Source: Allgaiera indica
Lineage (GTDB): Bacteria > Pseudomonadota > Alphaproteobacteria > Rhodobacterales > Rhodobacteraceae
DNA length: 32,000 nucleotides
Direction: 5' to 3'
Assembly (NCBI RefSeq): GCF_900106675.1
Contig: NZ_FNOB01000001.1
Coordinates: 204,531-236,530, forward strand
Shown here: positions 24,905 through 32,000 of the stretch, one piece after another
Position numbering within the stretch: position 1 is the stretch's first letter
How the letters are laid out: each line of letters opens with the position of its first letter
Notes under the pieces: model-generated
Databases searched by the model: none
What the model was told of the DNA's origin: nothing
The model's input: only the letters and a program-made list of their open reading frames with translations
Made by a program: the position numbers and the translations under genes

Positions 24905-25267
24905 TCACGCCACGGAACGAAAATGCTCGACCATCGCCACCAGATCCTCGGGTGGGGTCGAGGCTGGCAGATAGGCGCAGGCGTTGCCGGCATGCATGAA
25001 GATCGACCCGTCAGAGAACATGTTGCTGTCGGTCAGGAAGATCACCTTGGCATTCGGGTGGCGATAGCTGGCGAAATCGGCCACCGTCAGCGCGCTACCC
25101 TCGGTCAGGTCGAGATTGACGACCAGCAGGCTGACGCTTCGGGTCTGCATGACGATGACGGCCTCGCGCTGGCCGGGAACGGAAATGACCTCCAACCCCT
25201 GGCACTGGAGAGAGGTCTGCCAGCGCCGGGCGCGCTCGGTGTCATGTTCGACAATGAGAACGGGCAT
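24905..25267 (-). CDS. Single-domain response-regulator receiver (CheY-like) with degenerate active site
   Basis: 120 aa, MPVLIVEHDTERARRW...LLVVNLDLTEGSAL...KVIFLTDSN...AYLPASTPPEDL. The beta-alpha receiver pattern is clear. By hand alignment the acidic pair reads EH(D), the phospho-acceptor position is ambiguous (N or D), and the conserved Lys before Pro is absent. Confidence 0.7.
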   Translation of the reverse strand: MPVLIVEHDTERARRWQTSLQCQGLEVISVPGQREAVIVMQTRSVSLLVVNLDLTEGSALTVADFASYRHPNAKVIFLTDSNMFSDGSIFMHAGNACAYLPASTPPEDLVAMVEHFRSVA

Positions 25268-25443
25268 GCCGTTGCTTCCCCACCTTTTTCACCGCATCCC
25301 GCCGACCCCGTTCGGGGGAAAGATTAGCAAATGATGCGGCCTTTTGACAGCAACCGCCGACGTTTCGGCCATTTCATGCCCGATTTTGGGCGAACGGGGC
25401 CGTTTCGACAGTGTAGAAAAGGGTAGGAAAAGGGACTGGGACC

Positions 25444-26520
25444 ATGATCGCGCAAGGATATGACACCGGGCTTCCGCAGGATTCGGTTCTTTATGCAGCC
25501 TTGCTTGCGCGTGATTCGGCTTGGGACGGACGGGCGTTCGTCGGCGTTACGTCGACAGGTATCTTCTGTCGCCTGACATGCCCGGCACGCAAGCCACGCC
25601 CCGAAAATTGCCGCTTCTTCCCTTCGCCGGCCGCTGCGCTTGCGGCCGGGTTCCGTGCCTGCCGACGCTGCCACCCCCTGGCCCCCGAGGCCTTGGCCGA
25701 TCCCCTGGTCGACGCCCTTCTGGCCGCGCTCGACGCCGCGCCCGAGGTGCGCTGGACCGAAGCGCGCGTGACCGCGGCCGGGTTCGATCTGTCCACCGTG
25801 CGCCGGGTCTTCCGGCGGCATTTCGGCGTGACATTCCTGGATCTTGCCCGCCAGCGGCGCCTGGGCGCGGGGCTGAAGACGCTGGCCGCGGGGGGCAAGG
25901 TGATCGAGGCGCAGCTGGAGGCCGGCTTCGAATCCCCCTCGGCCTTTCGCGCGGCCTTCGCCCGGTTGCTGGGGGTCGCCCCCGGCGCGCTGGCCCGCGA
26001 CGCGCTGCTGCGGGCCGATTGGCTGGAAACGCCGCTTGGGCCGATGATCGCGGTGACGGATGCACGGACGCTGCATCTGCTGGAATTCGTCGGACGCAAG
26101 GCCCTGCCGACCGAGCTGCGGCGCCTGCACGCGGCGGTGCGCGGCAGCCTTGGCGTCGGCACCCTGCCGCCGCACGACCTGATCGCGCAAGAGCTTGCCG
26201 CCTATTTCGAGGGCCGTTCCGCCGACTTTGCCGTCCCGCTATCGCTGCATGGCACACCATTCACCCGGCGCGTCTGGCAGGCGCTGCGCGCGATCCCGGC
26301 TGGAGAGACGCGATCCTACACCCAGGTGGCACAAACCATCGGCCGGCCCGATGCGGTGCGGGCCGTGGCCCGCGCCAATGGGGCCAACCAGATCGCGCTG
26401 ATCGTGCCCTGCCACCGGGTGATCGGCGCCGACGGGGCGCTTACCGGCTATGGCGGCGGGCTGTGGCGCAAGCAGCGGCTGATCGAACTGGAGCGCCAGT
26501 TCGCCCCGGCGCCAAGCTGA
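25444..26520 (+). CDS. ada: Bifunctional Ada: methylphosphotriester-DNA methyltransferase/AraC-type activator plus O6-methylguanine-DNA methyltransferase
   Basis: N-Ada zinc site with four Cys (TGIFCRLTCPAR...AAGFRACRRCHP). Central AraC-type HTH region. C-terminal MGMT with active site IVPCHRVIG. Confidence 0.9.
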   Translation: MIAQGYDTGLPQDSVLYAALLARDSAWDGRAFVGVTSTGIFCRLTCPARKPRPENCRFFPSPAAALAAGFRACRRCHPLAPEALADPLVDALLAALDAAPEVRWTEARVTAAGFDLSTVRRVFRRHFGVTFLDLARQRRLGAGLKTLAAGGKVIEAQLEAGFESPSAFRAAFARLLGVAPGALARDALLRADWLETPLGPMIAVTDARTLHLLEFVGRKALPTELRRLHAAVRGSLGVGTLPPHDLIAQELAAYFEGRSADFAVPLSLHGTPFTRRVWQALRAIPAGETRSYTQVAQTIGRPDAVRAVARANGANQIALIVPCHRVIGADGALTGYGGGLWRKQRLIELERQFAPAPS

Positions 26521-26529
26521 TCGCCGCGC

Positions 26530-27222
26530 TCAGGTGATCGTGGTGGTGACCTGGCCCACGCCCTCGACCGTGACGACGCAGACATCACCCGCCGTCAGCG
26601 CGCCCACCCCGGCCGGCGTGCCGGTATAGATCAGATCGCCGGGCAGCAATTCCACCTGCGCGGACAGGAAGGCGATGATGTCGGGCAGCGGCCAGATCAT
26701 CTGATCAAGGGTCGTGTCCTGCACCACCTGACCATTCACGCTACAGGTCAGCCGCGCGCCGGGGTCCGGATGCCCATGCTCGGCCACCGGCAGCAGCGGC
26801 CCGCAGGGGGCCGAGTTGTCGAAACCCTTGGCCATGTCCCAAGGCCGGCGCATTTGCTTCGCCTCGGCCTGCAGGTTGCGCCGGGTCAGGTCGTTGCCCG
26901 CCGCATAGCCCCAGACGTGCGCCAGCGCCCGATCGGCCGGGATTTCAACCCCGCCGGTGCCGATCGCCGCGACCAGTTCGGCCTCGTAATGCAGGTTCGT
27001 GGTGGCCAGGGGATAGGCTAGCGCCGCGCCGTCGTCGATCACGGTGTCGCCCGGCTTGGTGAAGAAGAACGGCGGCTCGCGGTTCGGATCGGCGCCCATC
27101 TCGCGGGCGTGGTCGGCATAATTGCGGCCGACGCAGAAGATCCGCCGCACCGGAAAGCGTGCCGTCGATCCGGCGATCGCGACGCTGGGAACAGCGGGGG
27201 GAGAAATGGCGAAATCAGGCAT
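26530..27222 (-). CDS. Fumarylacetoacetate hydrolase (FAH) family protein
   Basis: ORF 26530..27270 (-) trimmed to the ATG at 27222 (MPDFAISPP), with AGGAGG 7 nt upstream. RIFCVGRNYADHAREMG and C-terminal GDLIYTGTPAGVG are typical of FAH-family hydrolases/isomerases. Confidence 0.85.
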   Translation of the reverse strand: MPDFAISPPAVPSVAIAGSTARFPVRRIFCVGRNYADHAREMGADPNREPPFFFTKPGDTVIDDGAALAYPLATTNLHYEAELVAAIGTGGVEIPADRALAHVWGYAAGNDLTRRNLQAEAKQMRRPWDMAKGFDNSAPCGPLLPVAEHGHPDPGARLTCSVNGQVVQDTTLDQMIWPLPDIIAFLSAQVELLPGDLIYTGTPAGVGALTAGDVCVVTVEGVGQVTTTIT

Positions 27223-27306
27223 GGGACGTCCTCCTGACGCCTCTATGCGCCGATCCGCAGAGGGCCGCAATGGTGGGCCGCGAAGGGCCGAAGTGGTGCG
27301 CGGCGA

Positions 27307-29094
27307 TCAGGGGGCCAGGGCAAAGCACTGGATATCGCGCGCCTGCAGCCGGGCGCAGGCCAGCGCGGCCTGGTCCTGGGTCAGCCCCATGAAGTTCGCA
27401 TCGAACCCGTTCGGGCGGCGCACCACCTTGCGCTGCCCATCGGACAGCGCACTGCTTTCGGCCAGCGCGGTGCGCAGCAGCGCCTTCTCGGCCTGGAACT
27501 GCGACGCGAAACGCCCGACGTTGACGCCCCAGTTACGCCCGCCCGTGCTTGACATCCGGGTCACGACGACCGGGCGCGCCTCGGGGCGGGGCACGTCGCG
27601 CGGCGCGATCGAGGCAAACAGCACCCCGCCGGAATCGGTCGGCCGCGGCAGCGGCGCCGCGGCATCCGCAACGGCGGGGCCGGAAGGCGCCTCGGCCGGA
27701 TCGGTCGCGCGCACCTTGTGAACCCGCCCGGTCTCGGCCGAAGCGACGGCGACGATCGGCTTGACCACTTCGGTCTGATCGGCGGTCGCGGTCTGCGCCG
27801 CGACGGCCGGTGTCTGGTGGTCGGGTGCGGGCGTGGGGCTGGCGGCTTGGGCCGTGGCGCCCAGCGATGCCCCCCCAAGCGCGGCCGGGCGCAGGGGCGG
27901 CGGCATGTTGGGCCGGCCGCTGGTGCCGATATCGGTGCGGTCGGCATCCGGCAAAGCGGCCTTGATCGGGACGGCGGCGGCCTCGGCCGGCGTGGGCGCG
28001 GCAGGGCTGTCCTTGACGTCGGCCGCGTTCGCGACGGCCATGCTGCTTAGCGCACTGGAAATATCGTCCTTCATCGCCACCATCAGCGCCTTCGGTGGCG
28101 CGGCGACCGGCCGGCGCGACGGCCGCGGGCTGGACGCCAAGGCAACGGCAGAGGCCCTGTCATGCGCAAGCGCGATCCGGGTCGCCTTCGGATGGATCGT
28201 ATACATCGCCGCGATCCGGTCGAGGTTCGGCTTCTTGGGCCGCTGCACGGCGACATGCGCCGGCGCCCGCTTGAAGCCCAGATCCAGTAGCTGGGCCATC
28301 TTGGCGTTGCGGTTCGCGACCGAGGAGCCGCCGAACTCCGCCGCGATGATCCGCTTGCCGCCGCGTCTGGCCGAGGCGACCAGATTGAACCCCGACGCAT
28401 AGGTGTAGCCGGTCTTGATCCCGTCCGCGCCGGCATAGGAATTCAGGAACTTGCGGTTCGTCGAATAGACCTCGGCCACGCCCGCGTAGGTCGAGCGACG
28501 TGAGAAGATGTTGTAATACTGCGGGAAATCGTAGAACAGGTGGCGCCCCAGGATGGCCATGTCGCGGGCCGAGGACAAATGCCCGGCCAGCGTCAGCCCG
28601 TTTGGATTCTCGAAATGCGAATCCCGCAACCCCAGTTTCTTTGCCGTTGCATTCATCCGCTTGGCGAATTCGGTGACATTGCCGGAGATCGCGTCGGCAA
28701 TCGCCCAGGCCGCGTCATTGGCCGATTTCACCGCAGCCGCGCGGATCAGATAGCGCAGCTTGATCTTCTGCCCCGCCCGCAGCCCCAGATGCGAAGGCGG
28801 CTGCGCCGCCGCCTCGCGCGACACCGTCACCACGGTATCCAGGCTGATCTCACCGCGCTGGATCGCGTCGAAACAGATATACAGCGTCAGCATCTTCGTC
28901 AGCGAGGCCGGATGCAGCCGCGCATCGGCATTCTTGGAATAAAGAACCTGGCCGGTCCGCGCATCCATGACATAGGCCGCATAGGGCGCGGCCTGAACCC
29001 CGGCGGCCCAGAGCAGCAGGCCACCGGAAACCCCGGCCCATATCCACAAATTACGGAGATTCCGCCCGACTTGCGTCATCACGTCACTGCCCAT
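27307..29094 (-). CDS. D-alanyl-D-alanine carboxypeptidase (peptidase S11, PBP5-like) fused to a C-terminal SPOR domain
   Basis: Signal/TM LWIWAGVSGGLLLWAAGVQA. SxxK motif PASLTKM, then SAND and KTGYT boxes. About 200 aa of Ala/Pro-rich linker. The C-terminal ~75 aa (WGVNVGRFASQFQAEKAL...GLTQDQAALACARL) look like a SPOR domain. AAGAGG lies 7 nt upstream of the ATG at 29094. Confidence 0.85.
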   Translation of the reverse strand: MGSDVMTQVGRNLRNLWIWAGVSGGLLLWAAGVQAAPYAAYVMDARTGQVLYSKNADARLHPASLTKMLTLYICFDAIQRGEISLDTVVTVSREAAAQPPSHLGLRAGQKIKLRYLIRAAAVKSANDAAWAIADAISGNVTEFAKRMNATAKKLGLRDSHFENPNGLTLAGHLSSARDMAILGRHLFYDFPQYYNIFSRRSTYAGVAEVYSTNRKFLNSYAGADGIKTGYTYASGFNLVASARRGGKRIIAAEFGGSSVANRNAKMAQLLDLGFKRAPAHVAVQRPKKPNLDRIAAMYTIHPKATRIALAHDRASAVALASSPRPSRRPVAAPPKALMVAMKDDISSALSSMAVANAADVKDSPAAPTPAEAAAVPIKAALPDADRTDIGTSGRPNMPPPLRPAALGGASLGATAQAASPTPAPDHQTPAVAAQTATADQTEVVKPIVAVASAETGRVHKVRATDPAEAPSGPAVADAAAPLPRPTDSGGVLFASIAPRDVPRPEARPVVVTRMSSTGGRNWGVNVGRFASQFQAEKALLRTALAESSALSDGQRKVVRRPNGFDANFMGLTQDQAALACARLQARDIQCFALAP

Positions 29095-29269
29095 TGTCCT
29101 GCCTCTTACCCCGTCTTTGGCGCGGGGCGATTTACTGCTTCGCTTCAGGATAGCACGGGTCAGCGCTTGCGAAAACCCCCGTGTTTCAATGGTTTTTCAG
29201 GCTCTGTTCACAAAATCCCGGAAATATGTTGCGATCCCGCGCGCGACGCCGCCCAAGATCGTGACCACG

Positions 29270-29998
29270 TCAGAGCCGCTCCAGCAGGTCTGGCAGCGCG
29301 CCCAGGTCCGGCAGTTCGCAAAACCGCGGATGCCCGACCGGCGCGGCGTCATGTTCCAGCGCCCAGGTCAGGTCATGGGGCACGAATACCCCCCAGCCGC
29401 CGGCCTCGAGCACGGGGATCACATCCGATCGCATCGAATTGCCCACCATCATCGCCTGCCCCGCGCCGCCGCCATGGCGGGCGAAGATCTCGGCATAGAC
29501 CGGGGCGGTCTTGTTGCTGACGATCTCGACGCCGTCGAACAGATCGCCCAGACCCGATTGCGCCAGCTTGCGCTCCTGATCCAGCAGATCGCCCTTGGTG
29601 ATCAGCACCACCCGATAGCGGCCCGCCAGCGCCTCGACCGTGGCCCGCGCATGGGGCAGCAGCTCGACCGGATGGCGCAGCATCTCCTGCCCCGCGGCGA
29701 TCAGGTCAGAGATCACCGCGGCCGGAACCTGGCCCTCGGTCACCTCGATCGCGGTCTCGATCATCGAAAGGGTGAACCCCTTGATGCCAAAGCCATAATG
29801 GCCGACATTCCGGCGCTCGGCGGCAAGCAGCCGCTCCTCTAGATGCGCGGGTTCGGCGTAGTCCTTCAGCAGTTCCGCGAAATGGTCCTGCGTCATGCGG
29901 AAGAACTGCTCGTTCTGCCAGAGCGTGTCGTCGGCGTCGAAGCCGATGGTGGTGAGCTGGGCCAAGGCCTCCTCCCGCGGGGTTGTGCTCAGGGCCAT
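29270..29998 (-). CDS. HAD-superfamily hydrolase
   Basis: Motif I FDADDTLW, motif II LITKG, C-terminal MVGNSMRSD. The start overlaps the hemF stop by 10 nt. Confidence 0.82.
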   Translation of the reverse strand: MALSTTPREEALAQLTTIGFDADDTLWQNEQFFRMTQDHFAELLKDYAEPAHLEERLLAAERRNVGHYGFGIKGFTLSMIETAIEVTEGQVPAAVISDLIAAGQEMLRHPVELLPHARATVEALAGRYRVVLITKGDLLDQERKLAQSGLGDLFDGVEIVSNKTAPVYAEIFARHGGGAGQAMMVGNSMRSDVIPVLEAGGWGVFVPHDLTWALEHDAAPVGHPRFCELPDLGALPDLLERL

Positions 29999-30879
29999 TT
30001 CGCGATCGGCGGCAGGCTCATCAGCACCGCGTTCGCGTCATGGCCGGTGGCCAGCCCGAATTTCGTCCCCCGATCGTAGACCAGGTTGTATTCGGCATAA
30101 AGGCCGCGGTGGATCAACTGGGTATCGCGGTCGGCTTCGGTCCAAGGCATGTCACGGCGGCGGTGCGTGACGCCCAGGAACGCCGGCAGGAAGGCACGCC
30201 CCACCTCCTGGGTGAAGGCGAAATCGGCATCCCAATCGCCGGTGTTCAGATCGTCGAAGAAGACCCCCCCGACGCCGCGCGCGCGGCCGCGATGGGGGAC
30301 GAAGAAATACTCATCCGCCCAAGCCTTGAAACCGGGGTAGTAGTCAAGGTTGTGGCGGTCGCAATGCTCCTTCAGCACGCCATGGAAAAAGGCGGTGTCG
30401 TCGGGATATTCGAGGCAGGGGTTCAGATCCGTCCCGCCGCCGAACCACCAGGCCGACGGCGTCCAGAACATCCGCGTGTTCATGTGCACCGCCGGACAAT
30501 GGGGGTTTTGCATATGCGCGACCAGGCTGATCCCCGACGCCCAGAAACGCGGATCCTCGGCCACGCCGGGCACGCCGCGGGCCGCCATCGCCTGCTGCGC
30601 GGCTTCGCCCAGCGTGCCATGCACCTGCGACCAGTTCACGCCGACCTTCTCGAACAGGCGCCCGCCGCGCAGCACGCTCATCAGCCCACCGCCCGCGTCA
30701 CCGCCGTCGTCAGAGGCGCGCTTGGTCGGGCTCACCTCGAATCGGCCGGGGGGAAGGGCGGCGAAGGGCCCGGTCGCCTGTTCGTCCTCGAGCGCCTCGA
30801 AGGCGGCGACGATCTTGTCGCGCAGGGCGCGGAACCACGCGGCGGCACGGTCCTTGCGGGCGTCGAAATCCTGGCTCAT
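29989..30879 (-). CDS. hemF: Oxygen-dependent coproporphyrinogen III oxidase
   Basis: ORF 29989..30933 (-) trimmed to the ATG at 30879 (MSQDFDARKDRAAAWF), with AAGGAGA 6 nt upstream. Conserved blocks KVGVNWS, SLVAHMQNPHCPAVHMN, WWFGGGTDLNP, HRGRARGVGGVFFDDL. Confidence 0.92.
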   Translation of the reverse strand: MSQDFDARKDRAAAWFRALRDKIVAAFEALEDEQATGPFAALPPGRFEVSPTKRASDDGGDAGGGLMSVLRGGRLFEKVGVNWSQVHGTLGEAAQQAMAARGVPGVAEDPRFWASGISLVAHMQNPHCPAVHMNTRMFWTPSAWWFGGGTDLNPCLEYPDDTAFFHGVLKEHCDRHNLDYYPGFKAWADEYFFVPHRGRARGVGGVFFDDLNTGDWDADFAFTQEVGRAFLPAFLGVTHRRRDMPWTEADRDTQLIHRGLYAEYNLVYDRGTKFGLATGHDANAVLMSLPPIAKWP

Positions 30880-31001
30880 CGCGATCTCCTTCGCAGCGGG
30901 CCCCGACCATAGGCCGCCCCGCGCGCGGCGCAAGAGGATAGCGGGGGATTTGGGAATCGCGCGGCAGGCGCTATGCTGGCGCGCCGCCCATGGAGACGCT
31001 C

Positions 31002-31397
31002 ATGCGCCCGATCACCACCCTACCCGCCCTGGCCATCGTGCTGACGCTGGCCGCCTGCGCCACGCCGCAGCAGCGCTGCATCAACCAGCATACCCGCGAT
31101 CTGCGGGTGGTTGAGGGGCTGATCGCGCGGCTGAAGACCGATATCGCGCGCGGCTACGCGCTGGTGCCGACCCCGACGGTGATGCCGCGCTGGGTCTTCT
31201 GCGGTGGTCCCTATTCCGACGACGGCCCCGGCATGTGCCTGATCGACACGCCGGCCACCGTGGCCCGCCCGGCCGCCTTCGACATCGCCGAGGCCAAGCG
31301 TCAGCTGGCGCAGCTGGAGGTCAAGCGCCGCGAACTGGAGCGCACGGCCAGCCCCGCCGTCGAAGCCTGCCGTGCGGCGTTTCCCGACAAGGGTTAG
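31002..31397 (+). CDS. Hypothetical lipoprotein
   Basis: ORF 30990..31397. ATG 31002 has GGAG 6 nt upstream. MRPITTLPALAIVLTLAAC has a lipobox (LAAC). No family recognised. Confidence 0.6.
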   Translation: MRPITTLPALAIVLTLAACATPQQRCINQHTRDLRVVEGLIARLKTDIARGYALVPTPTVMPRWVFCGGPYSDDGPGMCLIDTPATVARPAAFDIAEAKRQLAQLEVKRRELERTASPAVEACRAAFPDKG

Positions 31398-31451
31398 CGA
31401 CGCGCCGATAGCGACGGGGGGGCGGGAACGCAGGGCTGGCGGCGCGGGCGT

Positions 31452-32000
31452 CTAGTGGACCGGCGCCGAGGCCGCATCAAGCAGGCTGCGCCCGCCGTCC
31501 AGCGTCAGGATCTGGCCGGTCATGAAACCCGCCCCATCCGAAGCCAGGAATTGCGCCGCGTCCGCCAATTCGCCCGGCGCGGCGATGCGTTCCAGCGGCG
31601 TATGCGCGCGGATCTCTTGGCGCATCTCGGGGTGGTCCTTCAGCGCCTCCTTCAGCGAGGTGCTCATCACCGACCCAAAGGCGATCGCGTTCACCCGGAT
31701 CCGCTTGGGCGCCAGCGCCACCGCCAGCGAACGCGTCATCTGGTCAAGCGCGGCGCAAGAGATCGAATAGGCCATCAGTTCGGGTTGCGATCGCCGCGCG
31801 GCGATCGACGAGATGTTGATGATCGACCCGATCGCGGCGCCGTTCGCCTCGGCGCTGTCGCGTTCGGCCTGCTGGATCATCCGCCGGGCGACCTGCTGCG
31901 ATACCCGAAGACTGGTCAGCAGGTTCTGTTCCAGCAGCGCCTCGACGCCGTCTTCGTCGGCGTCCAGCGGATCGGCGGCGTACATCTGGCGGCTGGCGTT
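31452..32000 (-). CDS. SDR-family oxidoreductase, 5' end outside the window (partial)
   Basis: The frame stays open to position 32000 (…NASRQMYAADPLD…). SDR catalytic context ISSIAARRSQPELMAYSISCAAL (YxxxA/K region) and C-terminal GQILTLDGG. The N-terminal cofactor motif lies beyond the edge. Confidence 0.75.
   Translation of the reverse strand, partial: NASRQMYAADPLDADEDGVEALLEQNLLTSLRVSQQVARRMIQQAERDSAEANGAAIGSIINISSIAARRSQPELMAYSISCAALDQMTRSLAVALAPKRIRVNAIAFGSVMSTSLKEALKDHPEMRQEIRAHTPLERIAAPGELADAAQFLASDGAGFMTGQILTLDGGRSLLDAASAPVH

Overview
This is a GC-rich window (about two-thirds G+C by eye, not computed). The proteins look alphaproteobacterial, of the Rhodobacterales/Paracoccus type, but that is inference only. 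It reads as ordinary, densely packed core chromosome. I resolve 33 protein-coding genes (one runs off the right edge) and one tRNA-Thr(GGU).

Recognisable content:
- Left end: an MDR-family NADP oxidoreductase and a FAD-linked oxidase.
- The classical divergent TesA-like esterase / YbbA-YbbP-like ABC transporter block.
- A Tat-exported MBL hydrolase and a minimal Zn-metallopeptidase.
- An OmpR-family two-component system preceded by a small membrane protein.
- CorA and an HtrA-family protease.
- tRNA-Thr, MurA followed by a DUF2948 protein, and a creatinase.
- A YkuD L,D-transpeptidase.
- A translationally coupled SDR / enoyl-CoA hydratase / RluA operon.
- A secreted protein of unknown function, then PmbA and an inositol-monophosphatase-family protein.
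- A PilZ-like protein next to a degenerate single-domain receiver.
- A full-length Ada and a FAH-family hydrolase.
- A D-Ala-D-Ala carboxypeptidase fused to a SPOR domain.
- A HAD hydrolase, HemF, a small lipoprotein and a partial SDR.

I see no rRNA, CRISPR array, transposase, integrase, phage gene or recognisable defence system, and I do not claim a new multi-gene system.

The observations most worth follow-up are non-coding or small:
1. A 23-nt AT-rich element occurs three times, each time sense-oriented just downstream of a gene.
2. Perfect 13-nt direct repeats and an AT-rich island flank the two-component locus and its small membrane ORF.
3. A 12-bp GC hairpin sits in the corA leader, and CorA carries a Lys/Arg-rich N-terminal extension.
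4. A PilZ-like protein is paired with a pseudo-receiver.
5. A 54-codon ORF upstream of murA is not listed in the ORF track.

Many long ORFs in the six-frame track are antisense or out-of-frame artefacts of the high GC content and are rejected.
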